Source: Cirrosporium novae-zelandiae
Taxonomy: Eukaryota
Direction: 5' to 3'
Assembly: GCA_026023565.1 (NCBI GenBank)
Contig: JAPETS010000004.1
Span: 1 to 64,000, forward strand
DNA length: 64,000 nucleotides
Shown: piece by piece, positions 50,696 to 63,404 of the stretch
Layout of the letters: each line of letters begins with the position of its first letter
How positions within the stretch are numbered: position 1 is the first letter of the stretch
Notes under the pieces: model-generated
Told to the model about the DNA's origin: nothing
The model's database searches: none
What the model saw: only the letters and a program-made list of their open reading frames with translations
Position numbers and translations under genes: made by a program

Positions 50696-51844
50696 CTAAC
50701 CTCTGAGAGGTAGAACATGTTGCCCCATGATACTCTGTCTGCAAAGAGGGCATTCGGGCTTTTCCTTGATCCAATCTTGTATGCAAGACCAGCAGAATAC
50801 ATGTCCACAAGTGGTCGCACTCGGATCTTTTAGCTCTTCCAAACATAATGTGCACTTTCTCTGTTGCTTGGCGTGCATCCATTGCATAAGCTCATTATCA
50901 ATCAGGTTATAACGTGGTTCCGAGAGAGCGGGAGTATGCGTCGACCTCTCTAACCCAGTGGCTCCATAAGGAGCATTTGATTCTAAGAGGAGTTCGTTAT
51001 TTTCATCATAGACATTTGGATCCAGTGAAACCTCAACTCCGCCTTCAATGATGGCGCTCCCTCCTGCTGCACTTGGTGCATTGGCCGCTACAGGAGCATT
51101 CCCCTGAAGGGTTTGATGAATATGGAGCCATCCTTGTACAGTAATCTGTAAGATTAACAGAACTCCAAGCACCTCATATCCAACGCGCTGTTCACTAGGT
51201 CCGATTTTCTTTGTAAATATATAACGGAGGCCAAAAAGACGCTTCCCTATATGGTAATATGCGCCGGAGAAGTAAAAAACCGCAAGGCTCGCAGCATAGA
51301 CTGGTGAAGGCGATGTAATCATGTCAAGATTGGAGAGAATGTAGGATTGTAATCGCGTTGAAAATGATGGCGTTTTCTTTGAATACTGTTGTCTAGAAAT
51401 TCGGTGGAGGTTGTATTCAAGCTTCTCCCGAATTCGACGTCGAAACGCTGGGAGGATGCGACTCAAAGAATAAGGAACAAGAATGGTTCCTAGTATGTAT
51501 CCACCTCGACGGTATATATCTGGTAGACCAAGGGTATCATCTTCAACCTGAACGATATCACAATATTCCTCCCCCAATGTTCTATTCCCAACGAGTGTGG
51601 TTAGTCCAAGGTATAGAAGGTCTGCGAAAGTATGTAACCCAGAGGTATTGTTATGAACAAAGCGTGCGCCATAGAGATTTCTCAGGATGGTAGAGAGTTG
51701 TTCAAGAACAACTCCCTGGAAATATGTGTCTTTCTGGTTGGAGCGAATGATATCTGGGGCTGCGGCAAAGGGGAATTGGAAGTTGTCAGGCTTCACATTG
51801 GTGGGAGGAGAGCTTTGCTCCGAGGGAACCACTATGTCTGCCAT
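50696..51844 (-). CDS. PEX10: Peroxisomal RING E3 ligase Pex10
   Basis: FPFAAAPDIIRSNQKD, GNRTLGEEYCD and a C3HC4 RING CTLC..CGHVFCWSC..CPLCR. Confidence 0.96.
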   Translation of the reverse strand: MADIVVPSEQSSPPTNVKPDNFQFPFAAAPDIIRSNQKDTYFQGVVLEQLSTILRNLYGARFVHNNTSGLHTFADLLYLGLTTLVGNRTLGEEYCDIVQVEDDTLGLPDIYRRGGYILGTILVPYSLSRILPAFRRRIREKLEYNLHRISRQQYSKKTPSFSTRLQSYILSNLDMITSPSPVYAASLAVFYFSGAYYHIGKRLFGLRYIFTKKIGPSEQRVGYEVLGVLLILQITVQGWLHIHQTLQGNAPVAANAPSAAGGSAIIEGGVEVSLDPNVYDENNELLLESNAPYGATGLERSTHTPALSEPRYNLIDNELMQWMHAKQQRKCTLCLEELKDPSATTCGHVFCWSCIQDWIKEKPECPLCRQSIMGQHVLPLRG

Positions 51845-51981
51845 GACGATGAGCAGTTGTTCTTAAATGTACCTCAAGGATTAAAGCATTATTGATTGTT
51901 TAGAATGTGAAGATACTGCTTCTCAGGCTAAAAGGGAGCTTTGATGAAAACACGGAGATTCAAAGTTCTGGTTGGGGTGAG

Positions 51982-51987
51982 CCTCGG
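51982..51987. promoter_or_regulatory. CCTCGG FarA/FarB-type site upstream of PEX10
   Basis: Exact CCTCGG ~140 nt upstream of the PEX10 ATG. Confidence 0.5.
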
Positions 51988-52387
51988 CTAAACTAGATTG
52001 ATGCCAACAGATTCAGGCATTACAATTAATGGCTATCAATTTGCAAATGGCACCTCTCTTTTCCAGCATCATCCTTCTGAACCTTACAAAGAATTAAAGC
52101 CATCGCTAACTAGTTGCCCTTGCAGAGTCCGAGTGACCCCAACGCATGATGAATTGATATCATAAATGAGTCAAAATGGGAGGTTCAATATGGGAGATAT
52201 CAGGGAGCTTAGCCCCATGTGTGCACCTTTTAATTCTGCATTATCAAACATTCGAACCACCTTGTATTACTTGATGCTTTGCACTTCCCGTAGTCACAAC
52301 ACAGCCACAGCTACTCTCTGCACCTTGTTCCAAACAGAGAAACCGGAAGTGCAAAAATAATAATAGAAGAAAAAAAATATATACCAG

Positions 52388-52479
52388 GGGTTGATCCGGG
52401 AGTCGAACCCGGGACCTCTCGCAGACAATTGCTCTGGGTGTGACCCTAAGCGAGAATCATACCACTAGACCAATCAACC
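52388..52479 (-). tRNA. tRNA-Pro (AGG) with 20-nt intron
   Basis: Acceptor stem GGTTGAT/ATCAACC, D-arm TGGTCTAGTGGTATGA, anticodon arm CTCGC-TTAGGG[intron]T-GCGAG and T-loop GGTTCGACTCC. A downstream T-run fits a Pol III terminator. Confidence 0.95.
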
Positions 52480-54707
52480 TGGTTAATTTGTTGAATGAAA
52501 ATGCTCTCACAAGTGTATATCACGAGAATCCATTTTACAGTTGAAATGAAATGATTAGCCGAAAGCCTGAGCGCTAAGTTCATTGTTGTGTACACCAAAC
52601 GCGTTCCGAAATTATGAATATGCGGCTGCTCATTGGTCAGAACATCGTTGATGAACGCAGCCATTCACATTAAGGCGTGTTGATGAGTGATATATGTCTT
52701 AAGATGCTTGCTGATTTGCCGAAGCTGTCTTGGAGTTTCACCTCTCTCAATGGAAGGCAAGCTTATTGGTGAGTAATTGATGGGTCTCGAGGAAAGGCCT
52801 TGCTAATTACTGCGATAGATACTGACCAAACAACTATTATGATGCATGTGTCTGCCTGCTTAGTATGTGACACTAAGGCTAAATTATTTCTACATGGTTG
52901 TTCCTACAAAGAAACTCCTAAGGTGGTCCTACTTTCGATGTCGGTCGAAACCCTTTGGTACACCTAAAAACAGAAAAAAATGGAAAGCAAATAAAAGTAA
53001 TACAATATTCTTTAATGACATAGTTGTGCTGTTATTCTGTCAAACCCTTCAGTTATTGGCATTCTATCTTGGAAGTGATGCAAGTCGGTCAGGCAGCATT
53101 GCTGAAACTCAGATATATGAGACCAATGGGGCGGCATATTCTATTGAGGGGTGATCACATTTGTGAAATCCCAACTATGAGTTCTCATAAATATCGAAGA
53201 AACCTGCCCTTCTCTTTCGAGGATGGAGGAGTCAGAGATTAGCAGAGTTAGTGAGCGGGCATACTCAGCCATAGGTACACTAATAGAATCGATCCTACAA
53301 GCGCTCTCGCCAGTCTTCCATTCACGACACTATCAAAACAATCCTTCATTCCTATGACATAGATTGAGGGGTTGTGTAAAAATCAAAAGGAAGTGGAATT
53401 TATATATGAGCAGTGCCAACAAGCACTTCCGATAATAATATGCAACTGCCTTTTTTGTCTTACTTTAAATATACACCCTCGATCTGCCTCCGTTCCGCCC
53501 CACTATGCTTTCTCAGGTCAAGCTTAGCTAGAAAATACGTCAGCCTCATATTCAAATCTCATGCCAACGTTGATCAACTTAGAAGAGATGAAGCTTACTG
53601 TATACCTAGCTATGAGTTTCAAATATAGCCTTGGGAGCTCAAGGCTATATGATCAGCAAGTATGCACTCCAAGCTTGTCTGTGTCTTTATACTAATATAG
53701 TGCTTTTATTTAGGACACGGTATCCTAGTTTATCTTAATATCAGTTGAACTCTCATGTCAAACTGGAATGAATTCGCGACCGGGCCCTAATCTATACACC
53801 TCAATTACCTTTGGAAGTGGCATGGTGTCATGGTGATGTAATATCGCTCACAGAGAGTTAGGGGTAATAACTGAAAAAAAAAATTTGTTCTAAGAGTAAT
53901 AGCGAGATCCTAATCAACATTACCTTGTCTCACCTCTTAACCGAAGGTGCTTCATTGATTTTTCGGTGAACCGGGCGGGCCAGATATTTCGCATAGTATT
54001 TCTCGGATAGGTGCAATATCCAAAGTCCTTTAGAATATCGACTAGGATTAGTGAGATATCTCTCACTAATAACCTCCTTAACAAGATGAATATGCATATT
54101 TTGAGCGAATCATTTTAAAACCTTCATTGTGAGTTTAGACCCAGAGACAAAATTAAGTGCAATGGGGATTTTCATAGCCACTAATTAAATTAGAAGCACC
54201 ACCGTCATTTGGAAACATTTTGCATTCAGAAGTGCCACATTACACTGCCTTACAATCTGCCACCCTCAGGAGCAGTCATCGTAACAAGCTCCAGATACAT
54301 GAATATGGATGAATACATTAACATTTAAGGTAATACGTGCCTAATTCACCAAACAGATCTTGTGGAGGATAATAGAATGGTAGGGATTTAAGATACCAAT
54401 TTAACTCCCATCGAGTACTATTAAACGATTAATACTAAACCGAAACACTTTTGAACGACAAAAAAGCTTGTCGATAAAGATTTTCGAGGAACACGGTGAA
54501 TGTCAAATTCTTTGTGTGGTCGAACAGGTATAACAAATGACATGCTGAATGGGTATACTATCGTATACGAGGATGGCTACGGCGAGTGTAGCGCGGTATG
54601 GCCCAGATGATTAGGATGGAACAAATAAATGAATAGCCGCCGAGTGATTATGGCCACCATGGAAGGATAGTGATGACTTAGGCTAAACCACGACACATCT
54701 CCATCAG

Positions 54708-55270
54708 CTAGGATGCCTTCGAAACACCCGATGGAGGGACCTGCTCTCCATATCCAACAAGCTGATCTATTTCTCGCATAATATCTTGGATTTTCTGAAT
54801 ATCATGGCGTTCATGGACGGACCATGGTCTGCGCTGATCTGTCTGAGGACGTTGTGTCCTTTGATATGACAATTTATGATGGGTTGCATCTGGGTGTGGA
54901 GGTGAAGCATTCCCAGAATGACCACTATGCACCGATGCAGCCTGCTCAGCAGGACTGTTGAGTGTTGAAAGAGATGACGAGGATGGAGTGTATTTAGCCG
55001 ATGATGTACGTGAGGTGTTGGAGGACTCAGGGGTTAATATAGGACCAGCTCTATGTCCAAGAGTACTGATGGGAGCGTTTGAGCACTGATAGGAATCTTG
55101 GTCAGATCAAGGACAACGATTTGTCTCGACAAAATTCCTACCTCGTTCTGTCTTTGTGGGATGGTGTTTTGAGATCTGACATTATCCCCTTGAACACTCA
55201 GTCCCAGTCCGTTTTCCTGAAATTGGTACCCAATGCAACGACAATCATGGCCAATATTCTCTTGCGACAT
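54708..55270 (-). CDS. Small Ser-rich hypothetical protein (~170 aa, one intron)
   Basis: ATG 55270 exon (MSQENIG...QNE), intron GTAGGA..CTGAC..CAG (~55086-55141), then an open frame (CSNAPISTLGHRAGPILTPESS...) to TAG 54708. Confidence 0.45.
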
Positions 55271-56262
55271 AATGATATGCTTATAATGTTACTGTTATTC
55301 TGGGTTAATATGACCAACGATGTCGGACTGGAGCATCGAGGTGTTCTAGTCGGATATATAAGAGAAAAAAGACACTTCCTATTGACGTGGGATGAAGGAG
55401 GGCGGGTGAAGCTGGCAAGTGAGCAGAAGCCGGTTTAAAAAGGGACCTTGCTTGAAGAAGAGAGTTAAGGAGTGTGGAAATGGGATGTTTAGAATAATAA
55501 TATTTTATGACAAGGAAAGCGAAAGGAGAAGCGGTTCCAATTATTCCAATTATTTCAATTATTTGTGACAGATGACCACGCTTGGAGAACTGGAAATCTT
55601 TGAGAGGCGTATGGAGGCAGGTTGCTTACGTGCAGATGGGTCGCCTTTTTTTCGGGCACCAGGCACCTTCAGTGTGCCTTAGGCTAATTCCAACATCGTC
55701 AAAAAGGACTCACCGACACACTAACTGAAAGAGCAAGAGCAATTCATACTGCGAAAGAGTCTCGAGTGGCGATAAAATACCTAGGTAGGTTGAGAAGACG
55801 GAAGCAAGCTTATGCAGCGCTAAGTGTTTCCCATCTTTCCATGACCAGCAATCCTTCGTCCCATCCAAAGTCTGTTAAATTCCATTGTTGAACATTGAGC
55901 ATTCGTTGTCCAACAATAACGTGGCTATATTACTTTTATCAATTAAGAACTTTTATAATCCTTGCCCTCAGTCTGGTTTATGCAAACCCTCGGTCGTCAA
56001 TCGGTGACTGTCGCACGAGGATTAAGCAACTCATGGCTCTTTCTGTTACAGAGGTACAAGCCATCTACTAGGGACATGCTCTTCATTAGACGTGCTACCC
56101 ATCCGGCATGATGGGTTGCAGTATTCGGGCGTATTAAGAATATTTCCTCAAAGTGGAGGAAGTGGAAGAAGATGGAGAGCGGGATCTCCTGCATCTTAAT
56201 ACCAATTTAAGAATAGTGTTAGATGCCTCGTCTACCGATTGATTTGCATGCGCCTATTATTG

Positions 56263-56360
56263 TCATCGTTATCATCATCATCGTCGTTATCATCATCATC
56301 GTCGTTATCATCATCATCGTCGTTATCATCATCGTCGTCGTTATCATCATCGTCGTCATC
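56263..56360. repeat. 18-nt minisatellite built from TCA/TCG/TTA triplets
   Basis: About 5 copies of TCGTCGTTATCATCATCA-like units. Confidence 0.9.
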
Positions 56361-56744
56361 AAAAGTAGTCGGGAATACCTTGGATGGACTTTTTTTTTTA
56401 CAATGGCTTGCCAACTCAGCATTCAGCACCCTATCCCCGTTTCAACTATGTTTTATGTCTTGCCCATAACCTGTGGACTTTGTTTAGATTAAGAATAAGG
56501 CTGGCCTGCTTGCGGATCAATCGTATTTTCACCACGGTAAGTCTTTATGATATTATGACATGGGTAATTTTCATTCGAGAAGCTTGACAAGAATTTAGAT
56601 TGATAAAGAATGGAAAATTGAAAATGATGAAAGACAGGTCAGAGATAATTTTGGAGGCTACAGCTCGACACAGTAAACGCGTCAAACTATTTTCTAGCGG
56701 GACGACGCTGTAGATTGCGTCAAGTTCCTAGAGGTTCTCGAACA

Positions 56745-56792
56745 ATGATTCCGTACATGATTCCGTACATGATTCCGTACATGATTCCGTAC
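56745..56792. repeat. (ATGATTCCGTAC)x4 tandem repeat
   Basis: Four perfect 12-mers. Confidence 0.9.
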
Positions 56793-59285
56793 TCGAAATT
56801 ATTCTCCCCAGTACCGACAGTAGCATGGGCAATTGATGGTGGGGAACTACCCGAATTTCCCGAGCGTTGATAGTAGGCCCTGTTGACCTCAGGCTGCACT
56901 TATTCCACCAAGTGTTTTTTATTGCCAGTAACATCTATTAGCTACTGTAGCACATTTAGCCAGTTGCCATTCACCATCATATTCGCCACCTTGGAGACCA
57001 CACAACATTTCATCTTTCATTTTGTGTCTATTAATTCCCTCGGCAGTTTCAAAGTGTCTCATGCGCCTCCAACCACACTAACGAGTTATCATTGACAGCT
57101 GCAGCTACAGCTTACAGCCGCATACTCGAGTACGCATATATGCATGTGCACGCGATCAGAACCATAGAATTGCTATTCTACGGAATTTTGAGAAAGGTTA
57201 GTGATTATGGAATGAGCCCCCATGTTTCAAATCTTGACCTCGTGCATCCTATATCCAATACTATGAATATCACATTGTTTCAGATTTACTTCGCTTGCTA
57301 TCAACTCCTCTCTTATCTCTCTCTCTCTCTCTTCAGAGTCCGAGCTCGGCAAGGTTTATTTTTAAGCTTCATCCTAGTCCCCGGTGCTCGGGACCCTCCG
57401 ATGATCAGGGCTTGGTCTTTATACTGAACAAGTATTTGCATCAAGCTTTTGGATTCATCCCTGACTAGAAATGTTGTAGGTAGGACACATGGAAGTAAAC
57501 AAGGGAGAAACCCTTAACAAAGCTAATAAGGCTGAAAAGAAAGGCAAATCTCACCCCCCTTACCCTCTACTTACAGGTTCCACTACCACATTTGTTTTGG
57601 ATCTGCTTCATCCTTTAGATGCCTGTTTTTACCATCAAACCATTATTCAAGAAAAGGAAAAAGAAAAAAAAGGATCAAGAGACCAGGGCAAGAGGGGTAC
57701 AATTGATCCATTGATCTCCAAACATTAAATTTACAGGGAAGCTTCCCCAGAATGAATATTCATATTCCCTGAACATTAAGTTCGAACACCTGCAGAATAT
57801 CCCCTCCCCCAATCTTATTCAAGGCGATAATTCACAAGCAATAATAAAATATCACTTGGGATGAGAGCTTAAGAGCTTTTTCATTCCCCCCTAATAAAAC
57901 ACTTATATTTATGGATTGGTAATTAACAACTTGCTTATCTAATTAAACGATTATTTATCCCCAAGGCAGAAAAAAACCATTCCGGCAATTGGGGAATGCA
58001 TGATCGTTTGTTTAGATGTGGTTCTAGACGAACGGACATTTGCCCTGGTGTTACTTTTGGACTCTAAGGAAGGTTGGTAACCGGTATATTTAGAACCTGT
58101 CCTACATTACACTGCCGACTTCACTTCGCTTCGTTTCATATCCCCGCCTTGACAATAGTCCCTCTTCACTATCTATCTACCTAGGTACCTAAGGCAGGCC
58201 TTCTTTTGCTTCTTCTTTTCTTTTTTTCACTTTATTCCTTCAAAGCTTTGGCTCCCCTCACTCAAAGAACCAGCCACTCGGAACCCCCTATCCCCTCATC
58301 CTACAAAAATAATACGCAAAAATATTTTCAAATTGAATAAAAAGAAAGAAGGAGAGGGGGAGGGGTTTCACGGATATGGAAGATTCATTGATTGATTAGG
58401 TCTAGGTCTAGGCCCTTGAAACCCATGAGCCTATAATTAGTGTGTGTGTATATGTGTGTGTATGTGTGTATATGTGTGTGTGGATGCAGTGATAATAATG
58501 ACTATTCATTGTTTCATATCCACATGTACAAGTTTGCGCCACCTGGAAGTAGTGTGATACCAGGGACACTGATGCAAAGAGACACGCGCAAGCACAGAAA
58601 GCCTCTCTTCGTCAGAGCCAAAAATATGATGATGATAATAATAATGCTCTAATGAATAAATTCCAATTCCGTGTTTTTGGTATCTCGTATCGATCTTAGA
58701 TTTGATATATGACGATGATTTTTTGTATTTGTCAGTATATCACATCAATCTTGCTTGGATTTTAATTCCCCTGCTTTTTTAAGTCAATATTTTTATTTTT
58801 GTCTCTATCCCTTTTCTAACCTTCTAGCTTTCCAACCTTCCAACATCATCATCACGCCCTCATCCTCTCACAGTACGTACCTATCTACCTATCTAAGTAG
58901 ATCCCAGCAAATAAAAAAAAAACCAACATCTACCGACCGCCGACCACCAAAGTTTGAACCAATCCCCTAAAAAGACCCTTTAGACCCTTTACCCAGAAAA
59001 CCAAACCAAAAAAAAAAAAAAAAAACAGTAAAGCCGTCTTTCTTTTATTTTGTGTTAACGTCCCCAACTACTTATTCCTGTATGTAGCTTTAAATCCCCA
59101 ATCCCTAATTTATAACCTCATGATTTTATAACCCCCCTTCTCTTTATATATTTTTATAAATTATAAATTATAAATGCTATTCTGTATTCCCTGCCGCGCT
59201 TCCTCTTCTCTTTTGAAAAAAAAAAAAAAAGAGAGAGGAATAGAAATAGACAAGACTAAATAGGACAAAGACAAAAACCATGCTG

Positions 59286-59322
59286 GGCTGGACTGGACTG
59301 GACTGGACTGGACTGGACTGGA
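59286..59322. repeat. (GGACT)n pentanucleotide microsatellite
   Basis: About 7 units. Confidence 0.85.
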
Positions 59323-59862
59323 TTAGACAGACAGGATGAGGGTGAGGTTGAGGTAAGAGATGGATCTTCCATTCCTTCATGTCCTCATGTTTCATTTTTT
59401 TGTTTCGTAGTTTTCATCCCCTATTCGCTCGCTCCCTTGCTCAACTCATTTACTCATGGCTCGTTTATCCGCCCATAGGTAAAGATATAATATACCAAAA
59501 ATATATATATAAACTAGACCAGACTATAAGGCCTTCAACTGCTTTTTTTTTTTTTTCCCCTCCCTTTCTTTTCTTTTATTTCATTTATATTTAGTATCAA
59601 ATGTCTCTCTCTTTCTATAATATATAATATACCATATAACATACCATATAATACAACTCCAACCCCAATCCCAACCCCTTTAATCCTTAGTCCCTTTCCT
59701 CTCGTTTAACCCTTTTTTTTTTCCTGTAACTATGATCATGATCATATCCCATATCCCATATCCAATATATAACACGCGTTAAAACCGTACCCCTCGTCGT
59801 GCTTTTGAATCCAATCCAATCCAATCCATATAACCCCCTCCCCCCCTTAATCCCTCCATCCC

Positions 59863-60684
59863 TCACAAAAAATACCGACTCCAAATAACGCCATCCTTCC
59901 TAGGTCCCTTCACCCAATGTCTAACATCCCATTTCCTGACCTCCACCCCCTTCTTCCCTCTCTCTTCCCCTTCCTCCTTAGAAGGGGCATCTAGAACCGG
60001 AACCGTGATCCAAAATCGATAGAGGCTGGTATAGAGATCTTTTTCGCAGAGGTGGGTTGCGTGGGCTTTCAGCAGGTGGGTTGTTGTTGTGGTTTTTTCT
60101 TTTTCTTGTTCTTGTTCTTCTTTATATTCTTCGTTGGAGGAGGTATCGGTATCGGTATCGATATCGGCATCCGAATTCAAATCCCCATCTCCAAAATCCA
60201 ACACATGGAATATTTTTTCTGCTTCCCATTTTTCGTCCCCCCCAACCCCAGAATCAGAATCAGAACCAGGTTTCACGAACCAAACCTCCAATCCCCCATC
60301 CCCACCACTACCAGGAACAACTAATCTCCACAAATACCGTTTCCAAACCGGAACTTCTTGATTCCCAGCACCTACTAGTAGTTTCAATTTTCCTTGTTCT
60401 TCATATAATAATTCTTTTTCTTCTTTTTCTTTTCCCTGATTTGGATTGGGATTGGGATTGGTTGGGGAAGGAAATGGGATGAATCGAGCAGATGCTCCGA
60501 GAAGCGAAGATGGAAATTCGGATTGAGGGTGATGGGATGGAGATGTGGGGGTGAAGGTGAAAGTTCGGTTGAGGGTGTATGGTTGGGATGTTGAGGATGA
60601 GGAAGATAGAGCTGCGAAGAGGGTTGCGGGTTTTATTATTGTGGGGCTTATTTTTAGTTTCGGTTTGGGTTTGATGGGGGACAT
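59863..60684 (-). CDS. DUF6314-like protein
   Basis: LYEEQG, KRYLWRL, VWFVK, FHVLDF, HLCEKDLY..Y.F and W....VKGPRKD motifs separated by low-complexity linkers. Intronless 273-aa ORF. Confidence 0.65.
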   Translation of the reverse strand: MSPIKPKPKLKISPTIIKPATLFAALSSSSSTSQPYTLNRTFTFTPTSPSHHPQSEFPSSLLGASARFIPFPSPTNPNPNPNQGKEKEEKELLYEEQGKLKLLVGAGNQEVPVWKRYLWRLVVPGSGGDGGLEVWFVKPGSDSDSGVGGDEKWEAEKIFHVLDFGDGDLNSDADIDTDTDTSSNEEYKEEQEQEKEKTTTTTHLLKAHATHLCEKDLYTSLYRFWITVPVLDAPSKEEGEERGKKGVEVRKWDVRHWVKGPRKDGVIWSRYFL

Positions 60685-61339
60685 TATTTGTTTTTATGTT
60701 TTTTATATATATTTTTTTTTGTTGGAGATGGAAGATGGAGATGAATCGGATGGAATGGATAAAAGGAAGAAAGAAAGATAGGCCAGTGGATATAATAAGG
60801 CTGATTGATGGATGGCGGCATCTATCCGAGGATGTTCACGTTTCTTTTCTTCCCCCTCCATCATCCCCTCCCTCCTTGTCTTACAATGACCTAGCAACCA
60901 ATTACATGGAATTCAATTTGTATTAGTCCAAGATCATCAGGCACATGTAACAGCACACAATTCATGATGATGACATCTACAAACAAGGTGTGCGCGCATG
61001 TGTTACCTGTACTCATTTAGAAAAACATTCAAAACGGCACAGCAACACCACCCTACTATCAATGAAAACAAGTAAAAAATCATCTCCATTCACACCCCAA
61101 ATCTTTCATGTTTATTGATGGGAGTACAAGGTTTTACATTTATGCACAAAGTATCAGACAAAGCCGCACCGCCTACAGTCATGTTGGTTTGGCTGAGGTG
61201 GAGATGAGAACGACGTTAAAAAAGAAATTTCGGAGATGGTATATCAAAGTTACCAAGGTAGACTACCAAATCTTTCCCTTAGTCTTCCTTAAACCTCCAA
61301 TTGATATATTACGGAATCGCATTTCAAGCTCTTTGTAAA

Positions 61340-62730
61340 CTATTTCCGTACCGGTGGATTGTAGACAAGCTTCCTGGTCTTTAATGGGGACCACTTATAC
61401 CTAGATGAAAAAAGACATGTCAGAGCTTTTACGGTTCATAATCAGATAAAAATGATGCGTCATACCTCTTGGTCCAGATGCTCAGAGCAAGCAATACGGA
61501 TGTAATAGTCAATGCCTTCCATCCCATTTTCTTACGATCATCCATTTCTGGTTCAGCCGTCCAATTCAAGAATTCTACCACATCTTTGGCCATTTGCGAA
61601 GTCGTCGCAGGAGTACCATCGTCGTATTCAACCAAACCATCGTAAAGGACACGAGCCATAGCAATACCTAGACTGCTAATTAGTAAGCAGACAAAAAGCA
61701 GACGGGCTTATCCCACCAGTTCCAGGGAAATAAGGATTGAAGTTAAGACCGGCCTGAACGGTAGCACCAGCAGGCGGCTCGTCTGGATATCCAGTAATTA
61801 AACTAAATATGTAATTACAGCCGCCATGTCGGGCCTTGACCATTAAACTTAAATCTGGAGGCAATGCACCGTTGTTGGCAGCACGAGCAGCCTCATCGTT
61901 CTTGTATGGAGCAGGAATATAATCCGAGAGTTTTCCGGGACGTTGTTCGATTTCACCTTCATCATTGGGTTCAGTGTCGTATTCATTCTCCTCAGCCATG
62001 GCTTTAATTTCATCAACTGTATGGGAAACCCCGACAAAAGCACGCCATGGAACACGGTTCAGCGAGTGACAGGATTGGCAGACTTCACGGTAAACCTGGA
62101 ATCCACGTCGAATACTAAGAAATGTCAAAATATTATAAAAAGTCTATATATTATAAACCTACGCTGCATGGTCAAAGGTTTTATGCCATTTGGTGTGTTC
62201 CCAAGGATATTCGGCGGGGTGCAATCTAGAAGATTAATGAGTTAGCCTTCATATCGTTGCTTTTATAGCACCATCCCAATCTCATGTCCAGAAAAACGGT
62301 TCAATTGATCGAGATAGTAATAACCAAAAACCAGGTTCCGCTTCTCGTGCACTTTCGGAGCCATTTCCATTTCAACCACCCCAAAATATATAAAACTCAC
62401 CCTTCTTCTGCTGGTGTCATGGCATGCAGCTCAGGTCCATAAAGATGGTAATACCATGCGATTGACCCGACGGCCAATGCAGTGGCTGCTGACGGAGCAA
62501 GGTAGGATTTAAGGCCGGCCTGTTCGGAGGTTGAGGATGAAGATGTTGAGGCCGAGCGCTATGATAAATTGAGCCGATATTAGTTAAAATCCATCATCAA
62601 CCATATTCCATATATTTGCGAGTGTTGTAGCCTCAATCATGTAGACATTTCGTACCGTGGTTATCCTTCCCGCTGCTGTCCTCGCGGAGCCCAATGAACG
62701 GGCTCCCCGTAAAGCTGATCTCGAAAGCAT
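61340..62730 (-). CDS. CYT1: Cytochrome c1, mitochondrial
   Basis: Presequence, [26 protein letters not shown] heme motif, [16 protein letters not shown] and a C-terminal TM helix. Five introns; TAG at 61340. Confidence 0.96.
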
Positions 62731-63404
62731 TGTGGCAGAGAGCCTTCCAGCTATAGAGACAAGCTCGTAGAGAATGAAAGAGGAGAGAAGAGTAGATAGA
62801 GTGGAGTGGTATTACCGTGGTGGTTGTAAGTAATGAGGGCGAGATTCGAGAAAGAATCGGGTTGAAGGAGTTGAGGTACAGGGAAGATTTAAGGTTGGCT
62901 GGCCAATCACAGCCATTCTTTATGTAGCTGACTTCGTCTTTCACCCGTGTGTCCGTCACACATTTACACTCCCACTAAATATGGCCAAAATTAAAATATT
63001 AAATAATTCAATAGCTTTCCATTGTTTCTTTGTTTACATGGTCAAATCAAATACCAATGTATTAATCAGCATCATAGGTATGAGGTTGGCCACTGAAACC
63101 AGGAGCCATTTCCAGCCATTGAATTCAGCCATTGAAGGGTAAGCCAACTCCTTCCTATATACAATACTCGCACCCGTTCATCCATACATCCAATACTTTT
63201 CGCAAAGGAGCAAGCAAAAACACAGCTTCATCAGATGATACTCAGTTGCATATGTATATGCCATTATCAGATCATCAACACGGCCTGCCAGTATTTTGTC
63301 TATCCGTCTCCTCCTGCCATAATGTACCTACCCGAAATATATCCTAACATCTCATCACAAATCTCAACTTCAACCATTCTTCTCCACTACCATGGAAGAC
63401 AAAA

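Noticed and set aside
56219..56492. Poly-D and poly-I/V ORFs
   Set aside because: They are translations of the 18-nt minisatellite.
56745..56792. Repeat array considered as CRISPR-like
   Set aside because: The 12-mers are contiguous with no spacers, and the context is eukaryotic.
62903..62922. CCAAT upstream of CYT1 as a bipartite CBC-HapX site
   Set aside because: CCAAT is present but the RWT submotif 12 nt downstream is not; a lone 5-mer is too weak.
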